Of a DNA stretch of 64,000 bases, positions 27,776 to 41,007 are shown piece by piece. A model generated the notes under the pieces. That model saw only the letters and a program-made list of their open reading frames with translations. It was not told where the DNA came from and did no database searches. Each line of letters starts with the position of its first letter. Positions within the stretch are counted from its first letter, which is position 1. The DNA is taken from assembly GCA_905178155.1 (NCBI GenBank), contig CAJINV010000003.1, forward strand, positions 8,313,117 to 8,377,116, given 5' to 3'. The position numbers were made by a program, and so were the translations under genes. The stretch is from Amoebophrya sp. A120. Lineage: Eukaryota > Protista > Dinoflagellata.

Positions 27776-30700
27776 ATGGCGCCTCGTAAGAAGCAGCGTT
27801 TAATATTTCTTCTGCGCAAGAAAATGAAAAAGAAGGGAGTAAGCCTAAGCCATCAGACTCAGAGAATTACAACTACGTCGCCCCCGCGGCTGCCACATCA
27901 TCTACATTGGAAGACCCCCTCGCTCTGCAGAGAGGCCGCTACTGCTCTGCCCACAATCTCAATCTGCAGGCGGACCACGACTGGGCTCCGAGGTGGACGA
28001 GAATTTTGCTCTCCGTCGAGGTCAGGCGAGACGAATTGGAAGGCTGCAGCAGATAAGTGTTGGGCGCTCGCTAAACAAATATCAACCTTGCAAGATAAAG
28101 AAGTAGCCACTCAGCACCGTGAGGCGAACAAAGAGCGTCAATCTGCGGAGGCGTATGTCGGTGAGATTGCCGAGATAATACAGCAACTAGCAGTAGAAGT
28201 ACCATGCTATCGATACGCTCGTGTTCGTCCACCTGGACGCGGCCCGACCGCCAGACATGGACATCAAATAGCGGAAAAGAACACAGTTTCTTGCTCTATT
28301 AAAACGCTGGGCGCGCGTCTAGTGTGCAATTTGGTGTGGGCGGTCTCCGTTGCTGCGGAGTGGTGTCTTGTCTCGAGCGCCCCCGCCTCGGCTTCTTCGG
28401 TGCTGGTCCCTGAGAAAATTAGAGTCGACAAGAACCACGTGCTTGAACAAGAATATTATGAGACAAGACCAGTCCGTCTCCGTGTCCGTCTGGCGTTTTT
28501 CTTGGGCTGGATGCGAGAGATGCATGACGATTGTGTGAAACACCGCTTTCTCGGTGTAGGACGATTGCTCTGCGAGAGACGCAGCAAGAGGACCGTTTTT
28601 GCCGGATTCGAGGTTGGCCGACAGCACGAAGAACAAGGGGCACGGTCTTTTTTCTCGCCCGCACAAATGGCCACGATTTGCGAATCGTATCAGCGATTCG
28701 CACCTGAACTTGATGATTTGCTTTTAGACCTCGCAGCTGAGGTGACTAGTGCCTGCGATTTTGTGCCGACGTCCACCCGGGATGAGCAAGCGAATGCGCG
28801 CCGGTGGAGCAATAACTCATGCGACGCACCAGAGCTGGACCTCCTGGACGCGGATGCGGATCAGGGTGAAGAAAGACCCGTTCTTGATGCCAAGGAGATA
28901 TGTATTCGGGAGCGAAGCGAGCCTTCCGCTTCAGGACCGACAGCACGTCGACTCAAGGATGGGCAACATCAAGCAGATGAAACTGAAGGTGAAGCTGCCA
29001 ATCGTGCAAATACATATTGTCGCATGTCGCTGTGCTTTTTGAAGGCCGCCGGACGTCTCGCCAAAAAGGGAAGGGTGACCAAAAACGCGCTGGGTACGAT
29101 TTCCCGCAAGCTGATGGTGCAACTTTTACTAGGCTGCTCTAGGACTACCTCTATTGACGTATCAACACATCAGCATATTGTTCCAAAAACAAAATCCGTT
29201 TCTCGGTCGTGCCTTGGCCTTGTCCGGCGCAATAATCGGGAGTCGACGCGCACTACCGGTACTGGCGAGGACTGGCGAACAAGTAGTTTTCGGCTACAAC
29301 CAGCGCGTAGTACAATTTTTGCAGGCACAGAGTCAGAGGGAGCAAGTTTCTCCTTCTCGACTCCCCTTCTTCAACGCGCGAGTCAGCGTCACCTGACGCT
29401 GCTGGCGCATGCTCTGGCAAGCACAGGCGTGGTGTCGAACATTGTGTTGAGAATCGTGGTTCCCTGCTTTGTATGAACTGCAAACGCATCGCACTACGTA
29501 GTAATTGCAATACAAATTAGCTCAGCCTCAGCATTATAAATGGAATCTGTCATGCTGTTTTACCGTTGAGATGGAGATGCATGGCTGCGATTGCTACGAA
29601 TGCGATACTTTTGCACAGGATACTTTGCGTACGAGCAGATGGACGGCCAGGGGTTGAGCAATGCCCTCTGGGCGTGGGGGACTGCACTCCGCTACGAGGC
29701 ACAGGAGGAGATGGAACGAGATGGCAGCGGATTTATTCCGGTACGTCATACAACTGGAGATCTTCAAGATGATCCTCTTTGTCAACATAGTAAGACTAAC
29801 AAGTGCTCCTCTGAACAAGAAGAGGGAGATCATCCACAGCTGGAATCTTCTGCGTCATCGTTCTACATGACAGAGAAGCATGCTGAGCTTGTGCTATCGC
29901 GGTTGCGCCGCGGTTTGAAGATTCCAGGAGGACGGTGGTCGTGCAAAAATGCCGTGGTGCGCGAAGGCTCGGGGTGGAGAACAAGTTTTTCGCCTGTCAG
30001 TGTTTCTTGTGCTGGTCCTCGTCCTCGCGCTACACCACTGGTCGTGTCGCCACAAGGGCTGAGTAATATCGCTTGGGCACTGGCATACTTGACAAGAGCT
30101 GCGACGGGGTGGCATGCCGACGATTTTGGCGGAAAGTTTTCCGTGGAAGTGCCGCCGCCACCCCGGGTGAACAAGCGAAAGTCTGCCTTACTGACGAAGA
30201 AACAGGACGCCTGCAGTTCTGCGGTCGAGGAACTATTTGTACCGCCCGTTTTGATTGGTAGCCTGGTGCAGACTCTCTGTGATCTGGCGGGGCAACAAGC
30301 GCAACAAATAAACTCGCGGCAACAAGAACAGGCTTCGGCTGCACCGTCAAATAAAGAGGTCCTTTGGCAGACGCAGGAGCTGAGTATTTTCGTTTGGGCC
30401 ATTGGAAAAATGGCCGTGCGCGCAGCTGTTTCGCCCTCGTCGCAGGTACTTGCTACTAGGGTCGATAGAAACTACTGTCCCGATGGAGAACGAACAAGTT
30501 CAAGTGTTGTCCGGGACGCGGGATCCTTGGCTAGAAGTATCCGCTTTGCTTTAACTGCCCTGTTGTGTGGTTCTACAGCGATTGCAAGTACTTCCACTTC
30601 GAGAGTGACAAATGCGGCTGGCCCGGACAACCCAGCCTTGTTCTGGTCTGCGCAGAGCCAGGCAAATTTGCTTTCTGGTTGCACAGCGCTGTCCTTTCGC

Positions 30701-31285
30701 CACAGCTGTTTCCTTCGTCGTTTTCTCCGAGAGGTGGTGTTGCCTTTTTCGTCCCCTGGAAGCAGTACTAGTTGTGCAGAACGAAGTCTCCGGGTCTACT
30801 GCACAGGAGATCATGAAGAACGGAATGCACACACGACTACTGGTCGTCCTGCTATGGAAGGAGGTCTACTGTGTAATTCCCCACCGACGCAAACCGCAGC
30901 GCCAGCCCGAGTTGTGAGCTCGCTGTACACTGCCAAGGAGCTTGTCGTCATATTGCACGCCTACGCTCTCTGGATGGCTGAACAAGGTTACTTTCTTTGT
31001 GACGACGAGAAGATGTTTACTACAGCTCCATGTAAGCAAAACGCAAGAGGAGCCCGCTCACGTTCCTAATTACCAAATGCGTCCTTTGGCTGGCAGCTGC
31101 TTGTTATTCGATGCTTTATCATTTGTTGTGTTGTATTTGTAGGTCATGGCTCGGCAAAGCTACTTGATCTGGGGGAAGAACAAATGATGAGGATTGGACG
31201 ATCAGAGTCAGAGCCCCGAAAAAACTTTGATTCCACGCCCAGGCGCAGGAAGAAAGAAAGAAATAAAGACGATCACAGTCGCTGA
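27776..31285 (+). CDS. Helical-repeat protein with FASTK/RAP/OPR-like repeats (putative RNA-binding)
   Basis: Repeats QGLSNALWAWGT, PQGLSNIAWALAYL, TQELSIFVWAIGKM, AQSQANLLSGCTAL, AKELVVILHAYAL. Introner at 29472-29622 and a probable GT-AG intron at 31032-31142. Start uncertain. Confidence 0.7.
29472..29622 (+). mobile_element. Introner, family C
   Basis: TATGAACTGCAAACGCATCGCACTACGTAGTAATTGCA / TGCGATTGCTACGAATGCGATACTTTTGCACAGGATA. TSD CTTTG at 29467-29471 and 29623-29627. Removing 156 nt is in frame. Confidence 0.9.
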
Positions 31286-31854
31286 CTTTCCTTACAACTG
31301 ATCCAAATGCAGCTAATGCTCAAGCCCATATGTAGGCTTAGTGTATGAAGAGACAAAACCCAGAGCGCTCTTCGATGTTGATCTGGGAAAATGTTGATCT
31401 GCTGGGAAAAATACCCCTGTCGAGTAGAAACCCGATGATCATGATAGATTCAGCCAAATCAACGAGCTGGTATACTATATACGACATCTGAGGGCAGAAG
31501 GTGAAGATCATGATCTTGATCATACATGACGTGTTGTTGTGGACAGCGATGATGATCAGAGCAGTGCCACAGGATCATTTCCCTCCATCATAATCATTCA
31601 GTTCAGGTCATTCCCTAGGGATAAGTTCCTGGAACTTTGTTTACAGCCCCGGTGGTCTTGTGAAGATAGAACCACCATTCATTTACGTAAAGGAAGAAAG
31701 CGCTTTATTGAATTCATCTTGATCTAGATCTTCTCGCATTTTTTTACAACAAAGCAAGACTAATAACGAGCACTGAAACTTCTTTGACCACAGAGCCACT
31801 TGCTGTTGATTACACTAGTATCCGACGAAACATTTTTTATCTGAAAAAACCAGA

Positions 31855-32662
31855 ATGACAACCAGCGAAGTCCCAGTAGCAGCCACGGCCGCGGCGCCAT
31901 ATGTGTCGCCAATTGCGCAGCCATTGGTGAGCGGCAAACTGGAATCGAAGTGTCTGAAGATGTTGCGGAAAGCCTTCGGGGCCAAGGCAGTCAAGCGAGG
32001 TATCCCGGAAGTGACGAAGCTGGTGCGCAAAAACAAAAAAGGTATTTACCACCAGTGCCTTTTTTTTTTGTTTATTATTTCGGAATTTCAACATCGGAAT
32101 TGTGGGCACGGCCGAGTTTATCGTTTGTTCAATTTTTTGACACCAATTATTTGAGTAAGAATCGTGGTGCTCTTCATCTTCATGCCGGGGAAGATATACT
32201 TTTACAGAAACTGATACTGAGGCAAGAAGTTGTCAGACCAGCGGCATTTTCTTCAATGACGTCTTTTATATCGCAGGTGTGGTGATTTTTGCAGCTGATG
32301 TTTTTCCCGTTGATTTGGTGGCGCACATGCCTCTCCTGTGCGAGGAGAAGGACGTGATGTATGCCTACTTGTCTTCCCGAAAAGCCTTGGGCGAAGCGAT
32401 CAATAGCAAGCGCGGGGTCAGTGCCGTGTTCGTGCCAGAACCGACCAGCGACTCGCCGCACGAGAGCGCCTATTCGCAGCTGATGGCTGCGTTGAAGATC
32501 GTCCACCCCTACATGGGAGAGGGAAAGCCGATGGAAGCGGAGGAAAGCAACAAGCGGGCTGCAACAACGGAAGTAGAGGGAGCAGCGGCAGATGAGTCGG
32601 GGGCAGCGGACGAGCCGGCCAAGAAAAAGAAGAAGAAGGAAAAGAAGGAAAAGGCGGAGTAA
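31855..32662 (+). CDS. NHP2: L7Ae-family protein, NHP2-like H/ACA snoRNP subunit
   Basis: SPIAQPL, VKRGIPEVTKLVRK, VIFAADVFPVDLVAHMPLLCEE, YLSSRKALG; Lys-rich tail. GT-AG intron at 32042-32276. Confidence 0.85.
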
Positions 32663-33924
32663 AAGGAGATCACCAAAGAACCCCACAAATAGTCCACGGA
32701 ACAAGCCGAGGACAGTGTGCGTGATCAACAAGATACTAGCGATTATATCACGAAAAAATGCAACTAGAATCATTGGATATCACACGGTACTATACTACAT
32801 CATGAAGAAGGAAAGGTCAGAAGTCAATCATGAGAAGAGACGATGAAGATGACGCAGATGTTTATGTTTTGCTTTTGCGCACGACATGCCTGTTGGAGTC
32901 AGCGATAAGGGTTGCACCAGCAGGGTCTGCAGGGATTTGAAAAAATAAAAGATAGAGTGCAACACGTGAATCCTATTTACCGCAGCGCAGCATAACAATT
33001 ATTCCGACGAGGAACCAGCACAGGCCCACGGGTATTTCTGAGCCGCGATTCTTCCTGTTTCCGTGTTCACTTTCCTTTATGGTTGCCGTCGTCTTTTCGT
33101 TCGTAGAAAGTATCAGAAACTTCTGATGATCTTCGACGCGCCGCTACGCTTGCGCCACCTTCGGTCTGTGCGTCTTTGTCGTCTAGGCTTCGTCACAATG
33201 CGTCCCTAGTTGACGTACGGTTACTGCTGTGTCAGACACCGAAGTCGTCAGTCGGGAGGATTTTGATGATTGCTTTGTACACGTCCTGCGTCGTGGTTTT
33301 GTATAACCGCCACGAATGCCGTCACGAACAGTACTCTCGTCCTTCACTGGTGGGCACAAGCTCAATATTACATTCGTGCAACTACAATCTTGTCGTTCCC
33401 GCATCGTCCAACTTTCGTGCGTTCTTTTCTGTAAACCCGTCAGTTGGGTAAATCATTCACTCATTCGTTTCTTGTTGGAGTTACGCCGACGTGGAATAAA
33501 AGATATACGGTATCTCTTCCTTTTTCATTTTCGTCGACAAAACAGGCTCAGTTTTCCCAAGGTAATACCCGAAACAAGGGTCATGATATATTCGTTTCTT
33601 ATTTAGTAGATGAATTTTAGTAGCCAGCAGGAGTTTAGTAAATCTATCAATTTTCGGAATCGAGCCACTTGTTGCGGTCTTTCATCTTCAGGGGGGCCCG
33701 TTGTGGAGAAGTACAAGTGAATAGAAGAAAAATAGTCTTAATTGAAAATGAAAACTTCAGTTACCAGCAGGCGAAGGAACGGGCTTCACTTATTATGTGA
33801 AAGCGCTTTTGTGATTTGTGATATGTCAATTGATCGTCTCCGTGCCGACTTACCTCGTCGGGCAGCACCAGCACTCGATACGCAGCAGGCGGTGCGAAAA
33901 TACACCTAGACCACCAGCGCGGTC

Positions 33925-36900
33925 ATGTCTATTGCAGACATTGAAGGGTTTCTGGCCCACTGGGAGGAGATCCGAGAAGTTCGCTGGGAACTTCCGGTCG
34001 CGGAGCGTGGGCGTTTGCTCCGGTATTTTCCGCATGGCTACCACGCTACGGCAGATGACTTTCGATCGGTCCTGAAAAATCCAGGTGGAGCAGCCCGGTC
34101 CGCCGCATTCCAGCGCGAGCTGAGTACCCGAAGTAGTGCAGCGGAAGATCGAGCTCGGCAAGAACAAGATGAATCCTCGGGCGGCGGTGCGCGAATAACA
34201 CATGCGGAGCTGGGAGAGGCCGAGCGACAGGAACGCAAATTGCGGCGCGAGGCGAGGGACGCGGGTACAGAAAGGCTGGCGAGTCTGAGCAGCGAAAGAG
34301 ACACGACGAGGGCGAGCGTCAACAGCAATTTTAAGTACACCAGCAGCGATCTGGAACTGCTTGATGAAGAGAGGGACTCTGAAAGCGACCCTGATTTAGA
34401 TGAAGACAGCGCAGAAGTTCTCCCGCCGCTGCCGGGCGCAAGAACGGAGGAGGCAGATCGGCTCCGTCAGCAGCGGCACCAGCGCGCGCTGCTGGCGCGA
34501 CACCAAGCCCTGCGAAATCGGAGCGCGGCGCCGTGGAGCCCGCTCGTGGTGGCGTTTCTGGAGGACGGGGTCCAGTACCTGGATCGGCATGCCGAGTGGC
34601 TCCCGAAGAACGCGGACGGCGAGGCTACGGTGCGGTGGCGGACCTACCTCCACTACCAGTCGCGGGAGCGGCAGGGCTTCTTTGAGCGGCATGAGTGGGT
34701 GGCTCACGTGATGGTGATCATGCTCCTGTTCGCCCTCGCGCCGGTAGTGTTCTGCGTGGAGAGCATTGCTGACTACGTGGGGGAGGAAAGCCTCTGCAGC
34801 AGAGATGAGGCGATTGCCCTCGCGGGTGGAAGCGAGAAGATGACCCCCATTGGAGGGGTGGCCGGGGTGAGGCGAGTCATGTACTGGGCCTCGGTCACCT
34901 TGGCGGCGGTGGGCTTCGGAGACGTAACGCCGAAGTCCCAGTTTGGGAAGTGGTTCACGGTCTTCTTCATCCTGATTGGCATCAACCTGCTCGCCAACGC
35001 CATCCTGCGCATGATGGCAGACCTCCTGGAGAAGACGGCCAAGACGGACGAGGACAACCGGCGAGCGCAACGCTCGAATCGCCAGGTCGCGGCGAATATG
35101 CATTGCAAAATATGACTTGGTCTGCTGGAAACATTAACATCCCAACTTGATGTGATGCCGAGTCTGGAGTCGACGTCGAAAATGTGTGTTGCTTAGTCGG
35201 CTAGCAAAAAGTGTGCGCTTCTTGTCTCCACCTGCAGACGGCATTTTTCATGCAGGCTGGCATGCAGATCGACATCGATATCATGCAGAAGCCCCTGCGG
35301 ATCTTGTCATGCTCTGTGTGCATTTCGATTTCGGACGACCTTTTTTTGTTTGTCCACACATCAATGTAAATTCTGCATTCTTCCAGACCTAGACATATTT
35401 GCAGTTGATAGCAAAGCGGATCCAGGAGGCTCTGCAGGGGGGGCGGAGCACCGCGGTGGCCGGTGTTTGGCTCGAGCACACGGGTTCCCCCAGGGACATT
35501 TTGGAGCAGCGCGATTTGCTCGGTATTCCGGGCGCGGAAGTCTTTGTGGACGCCGACGACGGATCAGGATCTTCATCCGCGAACGATAATATCCTCGCCA
35601 CCAGTGCGGGGGAACAACAACAAGGGGGGCCAAGGGAGACCCCAATCAATATAAACGGTTCATCTCCACCTTCTCCACCCACCTCGCTGCAGTCGTTTGA
35701 TCAGCAGCACGCGACGTCGGAGCCACATAGTACGCAGCACTCACACGACGATCATCAACCGCACAGCAAGATGAACTCTGCCTCCACCAGTGCTGGAACA
35801 AGGAGCATGATCTTCAGCACGATTCATGATCGCGTGGATCGTGCACAACAGCACATACTGCACGTGCAGCACGAACATTTGCAACAGCATCATCAAAGTG
35901 GTGCCCATAATTCAACATCTGCCTCGACGTCGCCCTCGCCGGGTACCAGTGCGCACGAAAGCGATCTTATCGCAAGAAAAAAGCGTTACAGTTACACATT
36001 GTGTTGCACGCCAAGCAAGACAGACCAGCTCTGTTATGCCGGATACGCATAGAAGCCTCGTTTCATAGGTGTTTTCCCGTAGGATTTCTGCATTACAAGT
36101 TTTCTCTCTCATGCAGAGAAATTTGTGTTGCTGAATTGGCTACAAATGTGTAACTGTAACACTTTTTTCCTTGGATAGATCTCGATGCGTGGTTTCATCA
36201 TAGGAGTCACACAAGGAGCGACTCCGCGTCCGCCCGGTTCACCAACCCGACCGCGCGGTCTGGATTTATTTTCGGGGGAACGTCGCGCTTTCTCGCGGGA
36301 GAGCGAGACGAGACTACTTCTGCTGCCGCTCCGACCCCTCCGGCGGGGAACAGCGGACTAGTGTCCCTTCTCAAAACTGAGACGGATAATTCTTCCGAAG
36401 CGAAGTCGGTGAATTTTGCGAAGTCGGTGAATTTTGCGGCGGCGTTGGAAGAGTCGCAAATGATCGATGCAACTTCTGCAGATTTGCTACAACCTTCGGA
36501 TCCGCAGCTGCGTCAGGACGAGCAGGACCGCGGGGAGCGAGAGCAAGGCGCAACTACAGATGTTGACCATTCTGTGCAAGAGGGCGGGGTTCCTCGGGTT
36601 CGGAAAAAGGGGCTGCAGGTGCGAAGAGCGCCACGGCCTCCGGTAGGCGATCTGGTTCTGACTCGCATCAGCCGATTCTTGACCAGTACTGACAAAGTGC
36701 CTGCTCCCAAGTGGTTGGATGCATCCGATGATGAGGACGACGGGATGGAAAAGCGGCACAACCACGACCCAGAGGTGCGGCATGCTGAAGAGGAGACCCA
36801 GATGAGAATATCGGCGGGGGCATCAACTTCAACGGCAAGTGTGACGATCAGGACCACCGTGATGAACTTCGTTTCGAGAAGTGTGATTCCTCTTCTTGGA

Positions 36901-39869
36901 AGATTTTCCTCGAACAGGACGGAAGCCGATCAACATCCCGAAGACGATGCGGGGGCTCCCTTCTCGTCTACTACACCGGATGAAGAGGAGGTAGTAGGAC
37001 CACGTGCAAGAACAAGACCCGAAGCTTCTGCCGTTTCCACAACATACAGCAATTTAGATTTTTTGGTAGGCCGCCCCTCGGAGGGCTTGGACAGTATGCC
37101 AGACTCCGTGTCGTCGACGCGCTCCTCTAGTGTGAGAACACGAGCCACGGCAACACGGACGACCACCCCGCACGATCATCTATCGCGGGAGACCACAAAG
37201 AGGATAACTGGCGGGTCCTCTCGCGTAGAACCGAGTAGACCACAACTTCGAACCGGAATGTCAACCGTTCGGACGCTTCGGACCACTAACACGGTCCACC
37301 GAGCGTCAACTACAGGTGTGGATCCCCGTGGCGATTCATCTTCAATGCAGCGCCATAGCTCGTCGGACGGTGGAGCAGCCACGGCATCTTCTACAACCAC
37401 TGGGACGTCCTATGTATATCATGAGCTGCAGGACCAGTTGGCGGGGACGTCGATGAAAAATGGTTCGGATCTGGATAAGATAAACATTAACATCATGTCC
37501 CCGCGCGGGCTCCACCTCCAAGAACGTTCGCCGGTCGAAATGCAATTACTGCCACCAGCAGTGCGTCTTGTGCCAGGCAGCACACGACCCGGTGCTGCAG
37601 GTGGTGCACTTGCTCTAGAAGGCACGACGACCTCCAGCGCTGGTGCCCAGTTGTACCCTCGAAGTACTGTCGAGGGCCAGTCATCGGGACCCGGAGCAGC
37701 GGGAGCAGGAGCACCAGCATCATCTTCAGGAGCAGGTCAGGCGAGGAGCAAGAAGAAGATTGTGAACAGGACCGCGCGGAAGAACGTGGCCATACGCCGG
37801 CTGGAATTGCTCTCAACTCGGTTGTTGCGGTTGGTTCGCAATTTTGTGCTGGGCGACACCCCTTATCGGCGGCGCATGTCTTGGATCAAGATTACCAAGA
37901 TCTCCCAGACCGCCGTGCTTCTACTTCTGCCCATCGTGCTGGGTGCCGTGTTGGTACACTACATCGAAAGCTTCGACTTCACGGATAGTGTGTATTGGTC
38001 TGTGGTGGCGCTTTCCACCGTGGGCTACGGGGAACAGGAGCTGCGGAACGAGGGGGGCCACTGGGTGTGGATGCTGTTCCTCCCCTTCGGCTGCCTCATG
38101 TTTGCCTTCGGGTACACGAACCTCATCCTGCTCCACCGGGTACTGCGGCGGGAGCAGAAGCGGCACCTGGCGCTCGGGAACGACCACATCCGGCAGTCTG
38201 TCGCGATGCTCGACCGCGGGTCCGGGATCGACCTCTTCGAGTACATGATCGCCAGTTTGCTCGTGTCCGAGTTGGTGCACCCGTCCGACCTTTCCGACAT
38301 CATGGACGCCTTCTCACAACTCGACGTTTATGCAAACCAAATCAATAAAACACACCCACTCAATCAAAATCTTCAAATAAAAAGGTTTCTACTAAGTTAT
38401 GTTGCGATGTTGGTGGACTACAATGATGTGAGCATAAGAGCATCAACATATCAACAGTAGAGGCGTGAGCCGCGTGACGATATGGACACCCTACCTTGCT
38501 GCTTGGTGTCAAGAGGTCAAATGTGGCGTCCGACACGCCAGCGAAAGGCCAGGCATGCCTGGCCACCCATTTTTAAAGGGGGAGCATTCCCAGATCTCAG
38601 AATTGCGCTGATGAAGATGATGATAATGAAGATGATCATGATACTAGGCATCTTCACTGAGAAGAAAAGACACTTAATTTATTTTCGGGCTGCTACCGGA
38701 AAAGCAAAAGGTTGCGGCGCCCTTAAGGTGGCGTGTAGAACGAACTCGTTGTTGGCATGACAAACCGAAACCTTGGATTTTGTTTTTCCTTGAATAAAGA
38801 GTTTGGGTTTTTCTTTGTGATACGTGTGACGGTACGGGGCTGGTCACCCGGGAAGACGTCGATGCGATGCACCACCGCGACGACCCGCATCTCAGTCTAC
38901 CCCGCAAGGGCGCTCCGAGCCTCCCCGCACTATCTTCACAGCCGCGCGCCATCGTGTCATCTTCCCCTGTGATAACATCAACGACTAGTCAAGGCGCAGG
39001 GTCGGATCCATTGTTCTCGAGCGTGCAAGCTGATCATGCAACAACACGAACGCAGCCTGGCGCAGGCCAGGTGCCGGTCGGCGGGGAGGTGGAGCATCAA
39101 GCACTTGGTACTAGTAGCAACTACAGCACTGAACAAGGAGCGGGCACTGCGCTCCGTGATGAAGTCCGAGATCCTCCCCCGCCCCTGCACGAGCATTCAA
39201 CTAGTACCACGTCATTCTCCTTTCCCGCCTCCGTTAGTGGACCAAAACCGGTCGTTATCCAAGAAAAAAACGCTGTTAGTGTAAATTTGTGATGCGGAAC
39301 ATGCAAGATGATTGCGTCTGTCATGCTTGGCATGCATTGTAGGGTCCACTAGCGGGCGTTTTCACTTAGTATCTGCGCATGACAGGTTTTTGCTGTCATG
39401 CCAGACAGATTTGTAATGCTGGTCCTCCAAAAAAGTTACATCTACATTGTTTTTTTCGTGGATAGTCGTGCCGTCGACAAGAAGCCGGGCGCAAAACTTT
39501 CGCAAAGCGCCATCGCTGACCGTGGAGGACATCGAAGCTCGTCGCAGGGAGGCGCGGAGCGCAGCTGCGGAAAGGCGCGCACTGGAGCTGCAATTGCATC
39601 AGAACAAGAGCCACGTAAATGTGTTCAAGAACGTGGTCGTGAACACGACCCATAGCAATGCCACCGGGGGCGATCTACTTCTCAGGGGGCCTCCGTCCGT
39701 AGGTAGCAACGCGACGACAGGTGGAGGACAAGCAGTGCATGGTGGAGGTGCTCAAACAAGCATGCAGCAGCAACTTCTACATCTAGCACCTCCTTCGGGA
39801 CCGAGCGTTACCAAGTACCCCGCATCATCGCTTGCTAGGATATTCTTCAAGCCCGCCGACTCCAAATGA
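33925..39869 (+). CDS. Two-pore-domain K+ channel (TPK/K2P-like) with C-terminal EF hands
   Basis: P1 YWASVTLAAVGFGDVTPKSQFGK and P2 DSVYWSVVALSTVGYGE, each flanked by TM helices. EF loop DVDGTGLVTRED appears after splicing. Five exons joined by four introners, all in frame. Confidence 0.85.
35097..35410 (+). mobile_element. Introner, family A
   Basis: TATGCATTGCAAAATATGACTTGGTCTG / TGCATTCTTCCAGACCTAGACATATTTGCAGTTGATA. TSD GCGAA/GCAAA. Removing 319 nt is in frame. Confidence 0.88.
35968..36177 (+). mobile_element. Introner, family D
   Basis: TATCGCAAGAAAAAAGCGTTACAGTTACACATT / AATGTGTAACTGTAACACTTTTTTCCTTGGATA. TSD GATCT. Removing 215 nt is in frame. Confidence 0.93.
38329..38822 (+). mobile_element. 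Degenerate introner within an EF-hand loop
   Basis: TAT...ATA ends, weak TIR, TSD eroded (ACGTT/CGTGT). Removing element + 5 nt gives FSQLDVDGTGLVTREDV. Confidence 0.72.
39256..39464 (+). mobile_element. Introner, family D-like
   Basis: TATCCAAGAAAAAAACGCTGTTAGTGTAA / TTACATCTACATTGTTTTTTTCGTGGATA. TSD GTCGT. Removing 214 nt is in frame. Confidence 0.9.
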
Positions 39870-41007
39870 AAAGGCAAGATGTACTTACTATCAAGAACTA
39901 CACCGGTCTTGTTTTCGCATGGGGCGCTCACACCCGGTGTGTGTGTATGCTGGAGAAGCAGGGCAAGAATTCATTACAACCAGAGAACAGATGAGAACTC
40001 GACTTCTATCCTTAATCGATTTTTCTGGAACCTAGATCCCATTTCAAATTTATTTTGTAATCGGCGCAAGTTTAAGTTGTGCACGTCCACGTTGCTGACG
40101 GTCGCCGGTACGATAGATGTTGATTTGCGTGGGGTGGCAAAGGGTATTGAGTTTAGATCTATTTCTCTGTCTTAGTCTTTCGATTTGTACAAGCGCATAC
40201 AAGGGCATTGGTGTATCTAGACAGTAACAGAATTTCATCAGCATGCATTGATTTGTTCTTCATTCGACACCATGATGAGCGCCAATTTTGGGCTTCGAAA
40301 GGTTGTTGCATGAGCATCCGCCTGGTGTCAGGGTATCAACTTGGAAAGACAGAAGTTGGTGTTGTTCTGAAAATGTCGGTCTTTGGTGTGACTTATTTTT
40401 TGCAGTCGAGGACGAGGGAGGGTTGTACAGTCAAGCTCAAGTTGTAGTGCTAGCTGGTGATGGAGAATGCGGCCGGAGTCTTACAAGCCCGAAAGCGGAG
40501 CCGGGAGCTATCGTTAATGCTGATTAAAACTTCCGGAGGGGAACATATAATTTCTTTGTAATGGAAGAGAAAGAAAGGTCATTCTTGATACAGCCGACAG
40601 GTGATTTGAGTCACACTTGGTGAACGAAGATCAAAATTGATAGATCATAGAGATTCCGATCGGATTCTTTTCACACAGGCGTTCGTTGAGAATAGATAAT
40701 TGCGTCATCCATAGTATCGTCTCCTGACTACTGCGCTATCTATATAAGTAAATATCAAATGACGCAATGCACGATTGATGGCGTGCTCTTGTCCGCCTCA
40801 TAACTTTCAGCAAGATCGCAGTAGTAGATAAGAATTCATTTTTTTTTGTTCTTCCAAAGAAAAGAATAGAGAGTTAAAGTCAGTAAAGGAGCTGAAGGTG
40901 AAAAGAACTTACTTAGACTTGGACTCGGGCCACAATTACTCCTCCAAAAGAGCTAAACCGTTTGGACTTTTCGCCGTCGTTCATAAGGCACTCGCGTGCG
41001 TTGCAAT

